From an uncultured Methylomirabilota bacterium (lineage in GTDB: Bacteria > Methylomirabilota > Methylomirabilia > Methylomirabilales > 2-02-FULL-66-22): a DNA stretch of 64,000 nt. The first letter of the stretch is position 1, and every line of letters begins with the position of its first letter. The stretch lies in assembly GCA_963845565.1 (NCBI GenBank), contig CAWJSJ010000002.1, positions 2,144,001-2,208,000 on the forward strand, given 5' to 3'. The position numbers and the translations under genes were made by a program. The notes under the pieces are model-generated. The model made no database searches and was not told where the DNA came from. It saw only the letters and a program-made list of their open reading frames with translations. Positions 20,074 to 27,849 of this stretch are shown piece by piece.

Positions 20074-21570
20074 TCACACGTTGAGAGGAAAGTGTACCGT
20101 GAAGGTGGTGCCGAGGCCGACCTCGCTCTTGACGTCGATAGTGCCCTTGTGGTCCTCGACGATCCGGTGGGTGATGGCCATGCCCAAGCCCATCCCCTTC
20201 TCCTTGGTGGTGAAAAAGGGGTCGAAGATGCGGGGCAGGCGATCCGCCGGAATGCCCTGGCCGGTGTCCGTAACCATCACGCGAAGCGCTGGTTCCGGCT
20301 GGGGGTGGGGAGGGCCGGAATTGGAAAAGACCATGGCGGGGACCGTGCCCGTCCGGACGGTCAGGTCGCCGCCCGCGGGCATTGCCTGGATGGCATTCGA
20401 CACCAGATTGCTGAAGCACCGATGCAGCCGCTTCCGGTCGGCCATACAGAAGGGCAGTTCGGGATCGTACTCCTGCGCGAGCTTGACCTTCTGAGTGGCC
20501 ATCTGGTTTTCAAACAGCTCCAGAACCTGCGCGAAGACCTCATTGAGATTGACGGGGTCCCGGTGAATCGCGACGGGGCGGGCCAGTTCCATCATGTCCT
20601 CGATGACGGCCTGGACCCGCTCCAGCTCTCGTGGCACCACTCGGTTGAACTTTTCCCGCACGTCGGGGTCGTCGTGATGCAGCGACATGAGCTGCGAAAA
20701 GATCAGGATGGAGGTCAGGGGATTGCGGATGTCGTGAGCGATCCCGGCCGCCATGGTGCCCAGGGCGGCCAGGCGATCGGCGCGCCGCAGACGATCCTCC
20801 AGGTCGCGCACCCGAGAGAGCTGGGCGATCATCTCATTGAACGCCGCCGACAGTTGTCCCAGCTCATCTCGCGAGGTGATCTCGATCCGATGGTCGAACT
20901 CGCCGCGGCCGACGGCGGCCACGCCGCGCATCAGCGCCTGGATCGGCCGGGCCGTACGCCGCGCCAGAAAAATGGAGCCGACGCTTCCGATCAGCAGCCC
21001 GAGAAGCACGAACCCTGCGATCTGCCAGCGCGTCCGAGTGATTTCCTGATGCATGGCCTGGAGGGAGACTCCAAGGCGGATCACCCCCCACGTTTCTTGC
21101 GATCCCTCGATGGTCACGGGAAGTCGCACGTCATATACCGTCTCCCGCTCGGTACCGGGAAGATGGAGCTGGTCCACGGTCGCGTCGCCGGGCTTCACGT
21201 CGTTCCGTCGTTGTAGCAGTTGACCGAGCGGGTAGTCTGGGATGAACTGCGCGGCGACGTTGCCTTCCTTGTCGAGGACCACGGCGTATACGAGATCCGG
21301 TTTCTTCTTGAACTGATCCAGCGTTTGCTCGATGGACACATAGTTGTAAGTCAGAAGATCGCTGGCCACCGAACCCGCCAGCGCTTCGACCATGACGAGC
21401 GCGCGCTTCTCGACTTCCTGGACGATGGCGGTCCGCTGCCGCTGCTCGACCAGAAAAGCCGAACTGCCGATCAGCAACACGATGAGCAGGTTCACCAGCA
21501 GGGCGAGTTTGACCCGGAAGCTCAATCGTTCGGCCCACGCGAGCCAGTGGAACCTCTTGAACGGACTCAT
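20074..21570 (-). CDS. Membrane sensor histidine kinase (2 TM, periplasmic domain, HAMP, HisKA, HATPase)
   Basis: DELGQL..AFN.M (HAMP), AHDIRNPL (H box), NAIQA, DTGQGI, FFTTKEKGMGLG. Start overlaps the upstream SBP stop (ATGA). Confidence 0.93.
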   Translation of the reverse strand: MSPFKRFHWLAWAERLSFRVKLALLVNLLIVLLIGSSAFLVEQRQRTAIVQEVEKRALVMVEALAGSVASDLLTYNYVSIEQTLDQFKKKPDLVYAVVLDKEGNVAAQFIPDYPLGQLLQRRNDVKPGDATVDQLHLPGTERETVYDVRLPVTIEGSQETWGVIRLGVSLQAMHQEITRTRWQIAGFVLLGLLIGSVGSIFLARRTARPIQALMRGVAAVGRGEFDHRIEITSRDELGQLSAAFNEMIAQLSRVRDLEDRLRRADRLAALGTMAAGIAHDIRNPLTSILIFSQLMSLHHDDPDVREKFNRVVPRELERVQAVIEDMMELARPVAIHRDPVNLNEVFAQVLELFENQMATQKVKLAQEYDPELPFCMADRKRLHRCFSNLVSNAIQAMPAGGDLTVRTGTVPAMVFSNSGPPHPQPEPALRVMVTDTGQGIPADRLPRIFDPFFTTKEKGMGLGMAITHRIVEDHKGTIDVKSEVGLGTTFTVHFPLNV

Positions 21571-23195
21571 TCGCGTCCCGGAGATTTTGCCAGCCAGATC
21601 TTTCGCATGGGGATGTATGGATCGCCCAGGGCGTTCACCTCGATGCTTCGCACATACGGTTGGAAGATCCGCTCGTAACTGTAGTAGTTCAAGGGGATGA
21701 TCGGTGCATCGTCGAGGATCAATCGCTCCGCCTCGCGGTACAAGATCACGCGCTTCGGAAGATTCTGCTGAATGCGGGCTTCGTCGAGTAGTCGGTCCAC
21801 CCGCGGGTTTCGGTAGCGCGTCATGTTGTTCCGACCCTGCGAATGGAAGAGGCGGTAGAGAAAATTCTCCGGCTCAGGGACGTCGCCGACCCAGCCATAT
21901 CGAAAGATGGGCATCTTCCCGTCGTACATGTCGCGGTTGAAGGCCGGAAAATCCGTATTGTAGCGGAATTCGATCTGGACGCCGATTTCGGCCAGTTGCT
22001 GTCGAAGGGTTGCATGTTCCCGTTCGACGATTTCCGAACGCGGGTTGGACCAGACTTGAAAAACGGGCAGGCCTTTCCCGTCCGGGAATCCGGCCTTTAT
22101 TAACAGGGCACGCGCACGCGCGGGATCATAGGCGTACGGTTTGAACTGGGGGTCATGGCCGTATGTTCCTGGTGGAAGGAAGCTGTTACCGGGCTTGTAT
22201 CGTCCCTTGTAAACGTTCTGCACCAAAGCGTCTCGGTCGATCGCGAAATTGAATGCCTGGCGCAATTCCCGGCTGGTAAGCGGCTCCTTGGTGGTGTCGA
22301 AGCCAAAGAACCGGACGCCGAGAATGGGTCGGCTTACGAACTGGTGTTGTTTGCTCTCACGCGCCGTGCCCAATTCGCTTGTTGGAACTGGGGTGTCCTC
22401 GAGGTCTCGTTTGCTGAACCTCGAATACATCTCCTCGATCTTCTGTCCGGGGAAGATACGGTATTGCAGACGATCCAGGAAGGGCCGCCCCGCGAAGTAG
22501 TCAGGGTTTGCCTCCAGCTGGATCATGTCGTCTTTTTTCCATCCGGCGAACTTGAACGGGCCCGTTCCTACGGGACGATTCCCGAACTCGACGCCACTGG
22601 CTTGCACCGCTTCCCGCGGTACCACCTTCGCGTACCCGATGGCCAGGCTGGAGACAAACGGGGCGGAGGCTTCGGCGAGAGAGATCTCGATCGTGTGCGC
22701 GTCCAAGACCCGGAAACCGGAGACGCTCCGGGTTCGGCCCTCGATAAAATCCCGTGCGCCCCGTACCTTCGCAAACACTTCGATGCCGCTGGAACGTACC
22801 TTGGGGTCAAGGATGCGGAGGAACGAGAACACGACGTCATCGGCAACCAATTCCCGGCCGTTATGGAACTTGACCCCCTTCCGCAAGAAAAACGTCCAAA
22901 CCAGATTATCTCGCGAACTCTTCCAGGTTTCGGCCAAAGCCGGCGCGATGGAGAGGGTGTTGTCGTACTGCACCAAGCCGTCGAAGATCTGCTGGACCAC
23001 CGTGACGGCATTCGTATCCGTGACCCCTGCAGGGTCGAGCGTGGAGGGATTGTTGCTCAATGGACGACGATATGTCCCGCCATACTGAGGCGTCGGGCCC
23101 TTACCCTTGGTTTGCGCTAAGACATCAGGGGCGCCGAGCATTCCGGGGGCGAGGGACAGGAAACACAGAACGCAGAGAACGCGATGCAGCAGCAC
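21567..23195 (-). CDS. Family 5 (Opp/Dpp-type) solute-binding protein with no adjacent permeases or ATPase
   Basis: Signal peptide, YGGT, LDPA, IFDGLV, LRKGVKFHNG, PVGTGPF, LRQAFNFAIDR. Confidence 0.9.
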   Translation of the reverse strand: MLLHRVLCVLCFLSLAPGMLGAPDVLAQTKGKGPTPQYGGTYRRPLSNNPSTLDPAGVTDTNAVTVVQQIFDGLVQYDNTLSIAPALAETWKSSRDNLVWTFFLRKGVKFHNGRELVADDVVFSFLRILDPKVRSSGIEVFAKVRGARDFIEGRTRSVSGFRVLDAHTIEISLAEASAPFVSSLAIGYAKVVPREAVQASGVEFGNRPVGTGPFKFAGWKKDDMIQLEANPDYFAGRPFLDRLQYRIFPGQKIEEMYSRFSKRDLEDTPVPTSELGTARESKQHQFVSRPILGVRFFGFDTTKEPLTSRELRQAFNFAIDRDALVQNVYKGRYKPGNSFLPPGTYGHDPQFKPYAYDPARARALLIKAGFPDGKGLPVFQVWSNPRSEIVEREHATLRQQLAEIGVQIEFRYNTDFPAFNRDMYDGKMPIFRYGWVGDVPEPENFLYRLFHSQGRNNMTRYRNPRVDRLLDEARIQQNLPKRVILYREAERLILDDAPIIPLNYYSYERIFQPYVRSIEVNALGDPYIPMRKIWLAKSPGRE

Positions 23196-23263
23196 GTTGG
23201 TGCTCCAGTTGGCGCGACCTTTGTTGTGCGAGGGCGCGTTAGGCGCTTGAGTGTGTACCGTGG

Positions 23264-23292
23264 AGGCTAGCGCTCGCGCTGCCCGAAGTCAA
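23264..23292 (-). promoter_or_regulatory. Possible sigma70 promoter for the SBP-kinase operon
   Basis: Minus strand TTGACT-N17-TAGCCT downstream of the peptide terminator. Confidence 0.4.
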
Positions 23293-23320
23293 GGTGCGTG
23301 TGCGGAAAGGGCGGCGGGAC

Positions 23321-23355
23321 AAACAAAAGAGCGCGACCCTGAGGATCGCGCTCTT
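23321..23355 (-). terminator. Intrinsic terminator after the peptide array
   Basis: Minus strand AAGAGCGCGA-loop-TCGCGCTCTT followed by TTGTTT. Confidence 0.75.
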
Positions 23356-23389
23356 ACTCGGTAGTCTTAATGAGTGCTGTCTTTATTCC

Positions 23390-23524
23390 CTACTCGCCGC
23401 CGCCCCCGTCACCCTCGGCCATGCCAACGCGGCTGAACACCTGGGTCGAAGACTGGAGCTCCATCGCCGGAACGATCGCCAGAAGACCGAGCACCACCAG
23501 GGCGAGCACGATGAGCTTCTTCAT
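23390..23524 (-). CDS. 44-aa secreted peptide precursor, copy 3
   Basis: GGAGGA-N6-ATG. MKKLIVLALVVLGLLAIVPAMELQSSTQVFSRVGMAEGDGGGGE*. Sec-type leader. Confidence 0.8.
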   Translation of the reverse strand: MKKLIVLALVVLGLLAIVPAMELQSSTQVFSRVGMAEGDGGGGE

Positions 23525-23602
23525 GTCAGTTCCTCCGCTTTGGCAGCGTAAGTTATTTTATTGAATGATAACGGCTTCGTTTCCACTCGGACGAATGATT
23601 GC

Positions 23603-23737
23603 CTACTCGCCGCCGCCCCCGTCACCCTCGGCCATGCCAACGCGGCTGAACACCTGGGTCGAAGACTGGAGCTCCATCGCCGGAACGATCGCCAGAAGAC
23701 CGAGCACCACCAGGGCGAGCACGATGAGCTTCTTCAT
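23603..23737 (-). CDS. 44-aa secreted peptide precursor, copy 2
   Basis: Identical to copies 1 and 3, with its own GGAGGA RBS. Confidence 0.8.
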   Translation of the reverse strand: MKKLIVLALVVLGLLAIVPAMELQSSTQVFSRVGMAEGDGGGGE

Positions 23738-23815
23738 GTCAGTTCCTCCGCTTTGGCAGCGTAAGTTATTTTATTGAATGATAACGGCTTCGTTTCCACT
23801 CGGACGAATGATTGC

Positions 23816-23950
23816 CTACTCGCCGCCGCCCCCGTCACCCTCGGCCATGCCAACGCGGCTGAACACCTGGGTCGAAGACTGGAGCTCCATCGCCGGAACG
23901 ATCGCCAGAAGACCGAGCACCACCAGGGCGAGCACGATGAGCTTCTTCAT
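23816..23950 (-). CDS. 44-aa secreted peptide precursor, copy 1
   Basis: Identical sequence and RBS. First gene downstream of the sigma54 promoter. Confidence 0.8.
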   Translation of the reverse strand: MKKLIVLALVVLGLLAIVPAMELQSSTQVFSRVGMAEGDGGGGE

Positions 23951-24070
23951 GTCAGTTCCTCCGGTTGGTTGAGAATCGTTTTTGAGTCTTCGACGAATCT
24001 ACACGCGTGATTCGTTGTTGGTCGCTGGTGTGTTTTCGCTGTGTTTCTCGTCGTACGGTGTCTACAGGAA

Positions 24071-24086
24071 AGCAGGCTTCGTGCCA
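24071..24086 (-). promoter_or_regulatory. Sigma54 (-24/-12) promoter driving the peptide array
   Basis: Minus strand TGGCACGAAGCCTGCT, with GG-N10-GC spacing. Consensus is TGGCAC-N5-TTGCW. Confidence 0.75.
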
Positions 24087-24269
24087 GGTGTCGGGATTGC
24101 GCGATGTGGGCCGGGAAATGGCCGTGCATGGCGGCGATCTGTGGGTGAAGGTCGCCCCCCAAGAATCCCCGATGCCCAATTCTCTGGGCGAACGACGCAT
24201 CGAAATCGGAGATTATCGCCGCGGAAGGAAGGGAACTGCTTGAATCGGAAGGGGTTTATGTCGATGTCA

Positions 24270-24298
24270 GATTTTTTGTGCAAGCTGCTACAAAAATC
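24270..24298. promoter_or_regulatory. Candidate upstream activator sequence
   Basis: Dyad GATTTTTTGT-N10-ACAAAAATC (TGT-N10-ACA core) about 190 bp upstream of the -24 box. Confidence 0.45.
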
Positions 24299-24325
24299 GT
24301 GCAAGCCAGCATACACGAAGAGTGG

Positions 24326-25735
24326 CTAACTATTCGGAAATAGCTGGGGGCGAGAGTCAATCCGCAAGCGCTGCAGCTTCCACGCGAGCGTATTGCGATG
24401 CAAGCCGAGTACCCGAGCAGCTTCTGTCTGGTTCCACTGCACTTTTTCCAGGATGTTCAGGATATATTGGCGCTCGAAATGGCCCCGTGCCTCCCGCAAA
24501 GACAGTCCTGCCTTCTGGATGTCCTCGATGACATCCCCGCCAAGAATAGAGATTTCCAGGGGCAGCTCCCGCAGTGAGATCGTCTCGCTCTGGGCGAGGG
24601 CCACGGCCCGCTCGATCACGTTTTCCAGTTCGCGCACGTTGCCCGGCCAGTCGTAATGATAGAGAGCGGCCGTCGCCCCGGCGGAGAAACCCTTCACCTT
24701 CCGGACGAACTCCCGATTGTACTTGCCGATGAAGTGCTCCACCAGCAGCGGAATGTCCTCGCGCCGCTGACGCAGCGGCGGGAGAACGATCGGGACCACG
24801 TTCAGCCGGTAATACAGGTCCCCTCGGAACGTACCATCCTCGATCGCCTTCTTCAGGTCCCGGTTGGTCGCGGCGATGACCCGGACATCGATCTTGATGG
24901 TCCGGGTGCCGCCGACCCGCTCCACCTCGCGCTCCTGGAGGGCTCGGAGGATCTTCGCCTGAAGGTCCAGGCGCATGTGGCCGATCTCGTCCAGGAAAAG
25001 ACTCCCCCCGGTCGCGAGCTCGAACTTTCCCACCTTGGTGGCGATGGCCCCGGTGAATGCCCCCTTCTCGTGACCGAAGAGCTCCGACTCCAGGAGTTCC
25101 GCCGGGATGGCGGCGCAGTTGACGGCGACGAAGGGGCGCTGGTTCCGGTTGCTCTGCTGGTGGATGGCGCGGGCCAGCACCTCTTTCCCGGTTCCGCTCT
25201 CGCCGCTCAGCAGCACCGTCGCATTGTTATCGGCGATCCGGGCGACCAGGGTGTAGATCTCTTGCATCCGTTGGTTGCGCCCCACGAGATTCTCGAAGCG
25301 GTGGTCGCGCGCGATCTCGGAGCGCAGGTAGAGGACCTCCTTGACGAGTTCCTGCTTCTCGACCACGCGCTTGATCAGCGAGAGGATGTCGTGGGTGTCG
25401 AAGGGCTTGGTGATGTAGTCGGATGCGCCGAGCTTGATGGCCTCGATGGCGGTCTTCAGGGATTTGACTGCGGTGACGATCACCACCTCGGTCTGTTCGT
25501 TCAGGTCTTTGATCCGGCGCAGGACCTCGATTCCGTCCATGCCCGGCATCCGAATGTCGAGCAGCACGAGATTGACGTCGCGGGTGCTCAGGATGCGGAG
25601 CGCCTCGGGGCCCTGGGCGGCGAAGAGCAGGTCGTAATCCTTGGCGAGGACCGCCTCGAAGGATTCGCGGATGGCGGCGTCATCGTCCACCACCAGGATG
25701 CAGGCCCGGATCGGATGCCCGTCGTGATTCGTCAT
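24326..25735 (-). CDS. Sigma54-dependent response regulator (REC-AAA+-Fis HTH, NtrC/AtoC-like)
   Basis: ILVVDD, LLDIRMP, GESGTGKE, GAFTGA, WPGNVRELEN, NQTEAARVLG. Start taken at MTNHDG. Confidence 0.94.
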   Translation of the reverse strand: MTNHDGHPIRACILVVDDDAAIRESFEAVLAKDYDLLFAAQGPEALRILSTRDVNLVLLDIRMPGMDGIEVLRRIKDLNEQTEVVIVTAVKSLKTAIEAIKLGASDYITKPFDTHDILSLIKRVVEKQELVKEVLYLRSEIARDHRFENLVGRNQRMQEIYTLVARIADNNATVLLSGESGTGKEVLARAIHQQSNRNQRPFVAVNCAAIPAELLESELFGHEKGAFTGAIATKVGKFELATGGSLFLDEIGHMRLDLQAKILRALQEREVERVGGTRTIKIDVRVIAATNRDLKKAIEDGTFRGDLYYRLNVVPIVLPPLRQRREDIPLLVEHFIGKYNREFVRKVKGFSAGATAALYHYDWPGNVRELENVIERAVALAQSETISLRELPLEISILGGDVIEDIQKAGLSLREARGHFERQYILNILEKVQWNQTEAARVLGLHRNTLAWKLQRLRIDSRPQLFPNS

Positions 25736-25916
25736 GCCGTATCCCACCCCCGCGAGGTTCCCTTGGCACACATGCGACCCGGCCCGGCGGCCCGAAAGAC
25801 TGTTCGGGCTAGTAGCCCAAACGACGCAAGAAGTCAAGTCCAAAGGCCCGCCACGCCTTGACAGGGCCGGACAACTGTGCGACCGTTCGGTCCCTCATTA
25901 CGGGAGTCGGAATCAG

Positions 25917-27707
25917 ATGGACCTGCACGAGAAGATCCGCGGCCTCCCCGACGCGCCCGGCGTGTACCTGTTTACCGACGCCCAGGGCGCGCTGCTCTAC
26001 GTGGGCAAGGCGGTCTCCCTGCGAAAGCGAGTGCAGTCGTATTTCACCGAGCGGGATCTCGGCCACGATGCCGAGCGACTGGGCGCCATGGTGGCGCAGA
26101 TCGCCGAGGTGGAGTACCTGCTGACCGCGAACGAGCTGGAGGCGCTGATCCTGGAGAGCAACCTGATCAAGGAGCGGCGCCCCCGCTACAACATTGTCCT
26201 CCGCGACGACAAACATTATCCATTCATCCGGCTGGACCTGCGGGACCCTTTTCCGGCGCTGCAGGTGGTCCGCCGGATCCGTCGCGACGGCGCGCTTTAC
26301 TTCGGACCCTACGTGCCGGCCGGGACGATGTGGAACCTGCTGGCCCTGATCCACCGGACGTTTCCGCTGCGCACGTGCCGCAGCATCGCCGGGCGCACGC
26401 GTTGCCTGGAGTATCACCTGGGGCGTTGCCTGGCCCCCTGCGAGGCCCTGGTGACGGCACAAGAGTACGGCCAGATGGTGCAGGAGGTGCGGTTACTCTT
26501 GGAGGGCCGGGACCGCGAGGTCATCGGGCAGCTGGAGTCGCAGATGCGGACGGCGGCGGAGCGGCTGGAGTTCGAGCGTGCGGCGCGTCTGCGGGATCAG
26601 GTCGCATCGTTGCGCAGGGCCGGGGAGGGGCAACGGGTTCTGTCCGCCCGAGGCGAGAACCAGGACGTCTTCGGCGTGGCCCACGAGGGACGCGAGGCGC
26701 AGGTGCAGCTCCTGGTGGTGCGGGGCGGCAAGCTGATCGGGCGGGACCGCTTTCCCTTCGAGGCCGTGCCGTCGCAGGCGGCCGGCGCGCTCCTGGGGGC
26801 GCTCTTGCCTCAGTACTATCTGGGCGCCCGCGAGATCCCGGGGACGATCCTGACCTCGCACGCGCCGCCGGAGGCGGACCTGCTGGCGGCGATGCTCTCG
26901 GCGCGGGCGGGACAGCCGGTGACGCTCAAGGTGCCGGAGCGAGGCCCCAAGGCGCGGCTGGTGGAGATGGCGGTCGGCACCGCGGAGGCGGTCCTGGCGC
27001 AAAGCCTCGCCTCGGCATCGGCGCGGGAGCGCGCCGTGGCGGAGGTGCAGGCCGCACTCGCCCTGCCGCGCCCGCCCCGCCGGATCGAGTGTACGGATAT
27101 CTCCGACCTCTCCGGGACGCTGGCCGTCGGCTCTTTGATCGTGTTCGTGGATGGCCTCTCGCGCCGGTCGGAATACAAACGGTTCCGGATCCGGACGGTG
27201 GAAGGGGCGGACGACTACGCCATGCTGCGCGAGGTGCTGCGCCGGCGGCTGGCCCGGACGGAATGGCCAATGCCGGATCTGCTCCTGATCGACGGGGGCC
27301 GAGGGCAGCTCACAGCGGGGATGCTGGCGGCGCGGGAGGCCGGGTTCCCCGATCTTCCGCTGGCCAGTCTGGCCAAGGAGGAGGAGCTGGTCTTTCGTCC
27401 GGATCGGTCCCAGCCGATCCGGCTCCCGGACGGCTCGCGCGGCAAGCACCTGCTCCAACAGGTCCGCGACGAGACGCACCGATTCGCTCTGGCCTACCAC
27501 CGGACGCTCCGTGGGAAGGCGGGGCTCGCCTCCGCCCTGGACGAGATTCCCGGGGTCGGGACGAAGCGAAAACGCCAACTCCTGCAGCGGTTCGGGAGCC
27601 TCGCGCGGCTCCGCGACGCGTCGGTGGAGGAGCTGGTCCGGGTCGGTGGGATCCCGCCACGCGTGGCCGAGGCGACGCACCGGATGCTGAATGCGGTGGT
27701 GGAGTAA
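25917..27707 (+). CDS. uvrC: Excinuclease ABC subunit C
   Basis: LPDAPGVY, YVGKA, PRYNI.LRDDK.YP, IECTDIS, LIDGG.GQ, RDETHRFA, HhH. Confidence 0.96.
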   Translation: MDLHEKIRGLPDAPGVYLFTDAQGALLYVGKAVSLRKRVQSYFTERDLGHDAERLGAMVAQIAEVEYLLTANELEALILESNLIKERRPRYNIVLRDDKHYPFIRLDLRDPFPALQVVRRIRRDGALYFGPYVPAGTMWNLLALIHRTFPLRTCRSIAGRTRCLEYHLGRCLAPCEALVTAQEYGQMVQEVRLLLEGRDREVIGQLESQMRTAAERLEFERAARLRDQVASLRRAGEGQRVLSARGENQDVFGVAHEGREAQVQLLVVRGGKLIGRDRFPFEAVPSQAAGALLGALLPQYYLGAREIPGTILTSHAPPEADLLAAMLSARAGQPVTLKVPERGPKARLVEMAVGTAEAVLAQSLASASARERAVAEVQAALALPRPPRRIECTDISDLSGTLAVGSLIVFVDGLSRRSEYKRFRIRTVEGADDYAMLREVLRRRLARTEWPMPDLLLIDGGRGQLTAGMLAAREAGFPDLPLASLAKEEELVFRPDRSQPIRLPDGSRGKHLLQQVRDETHRFALAYHRTLRGKAGLASALDEIPGVGTKRKRQLLQRFGSLARLRDASVEELVRVGGIPPRVAEATHRMLNAVVE

Positions 27708-27750
27708 GGGGTCGGCCGGCGCCCGGCGGACGCGGTCCGCCGACCGCTAA

Positions 27751-27849
27751 GCCGTTGTCAAAGAATAAGTTGAGCGGAGACATTCCGAAACGGCATAAGG
27801 AGCCGTAACGAAATAGAAAGAGATGTATAGGTTATTTCGTAACGGCTCC
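27751..27849 (-). mobile_element. 99-bp MITE-like element, family A, copy 2
   Basis: Reverse complement of 14852-14950 with about one mismatch. TAA on both sides. Confidence 0.75.

Larger units (their letters stand above)
23389..23963. repeat. Direct tandem repeat with a 213-bp period (about 2.7 units)
   Basis: Identical units at 23390, 23603 and 23816. The two spacers are identical and AT-rich. Confidence 0.95.

Noticed and set aside
23390..23950. RiPP precursor interpretation
   Set aside because: No modifying enzyme, dedicated peptidase or exporter is adjacent, and the leader looks like a Sec signal.
23389..23963. CRISPR array interpretation of the tandem repeat
   Set aside because: The units are 213 bp with identical spacers, they are coding, and no cas genes are present.
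23294..24010. Repeated plus-strand ORFs in the track (MNDNGFV..., MITASFP...)
   Set aside because: They are antisense shadows. The minus-strand 44-aa ORFs have the RBS, signal peptide, promoter and terminator.
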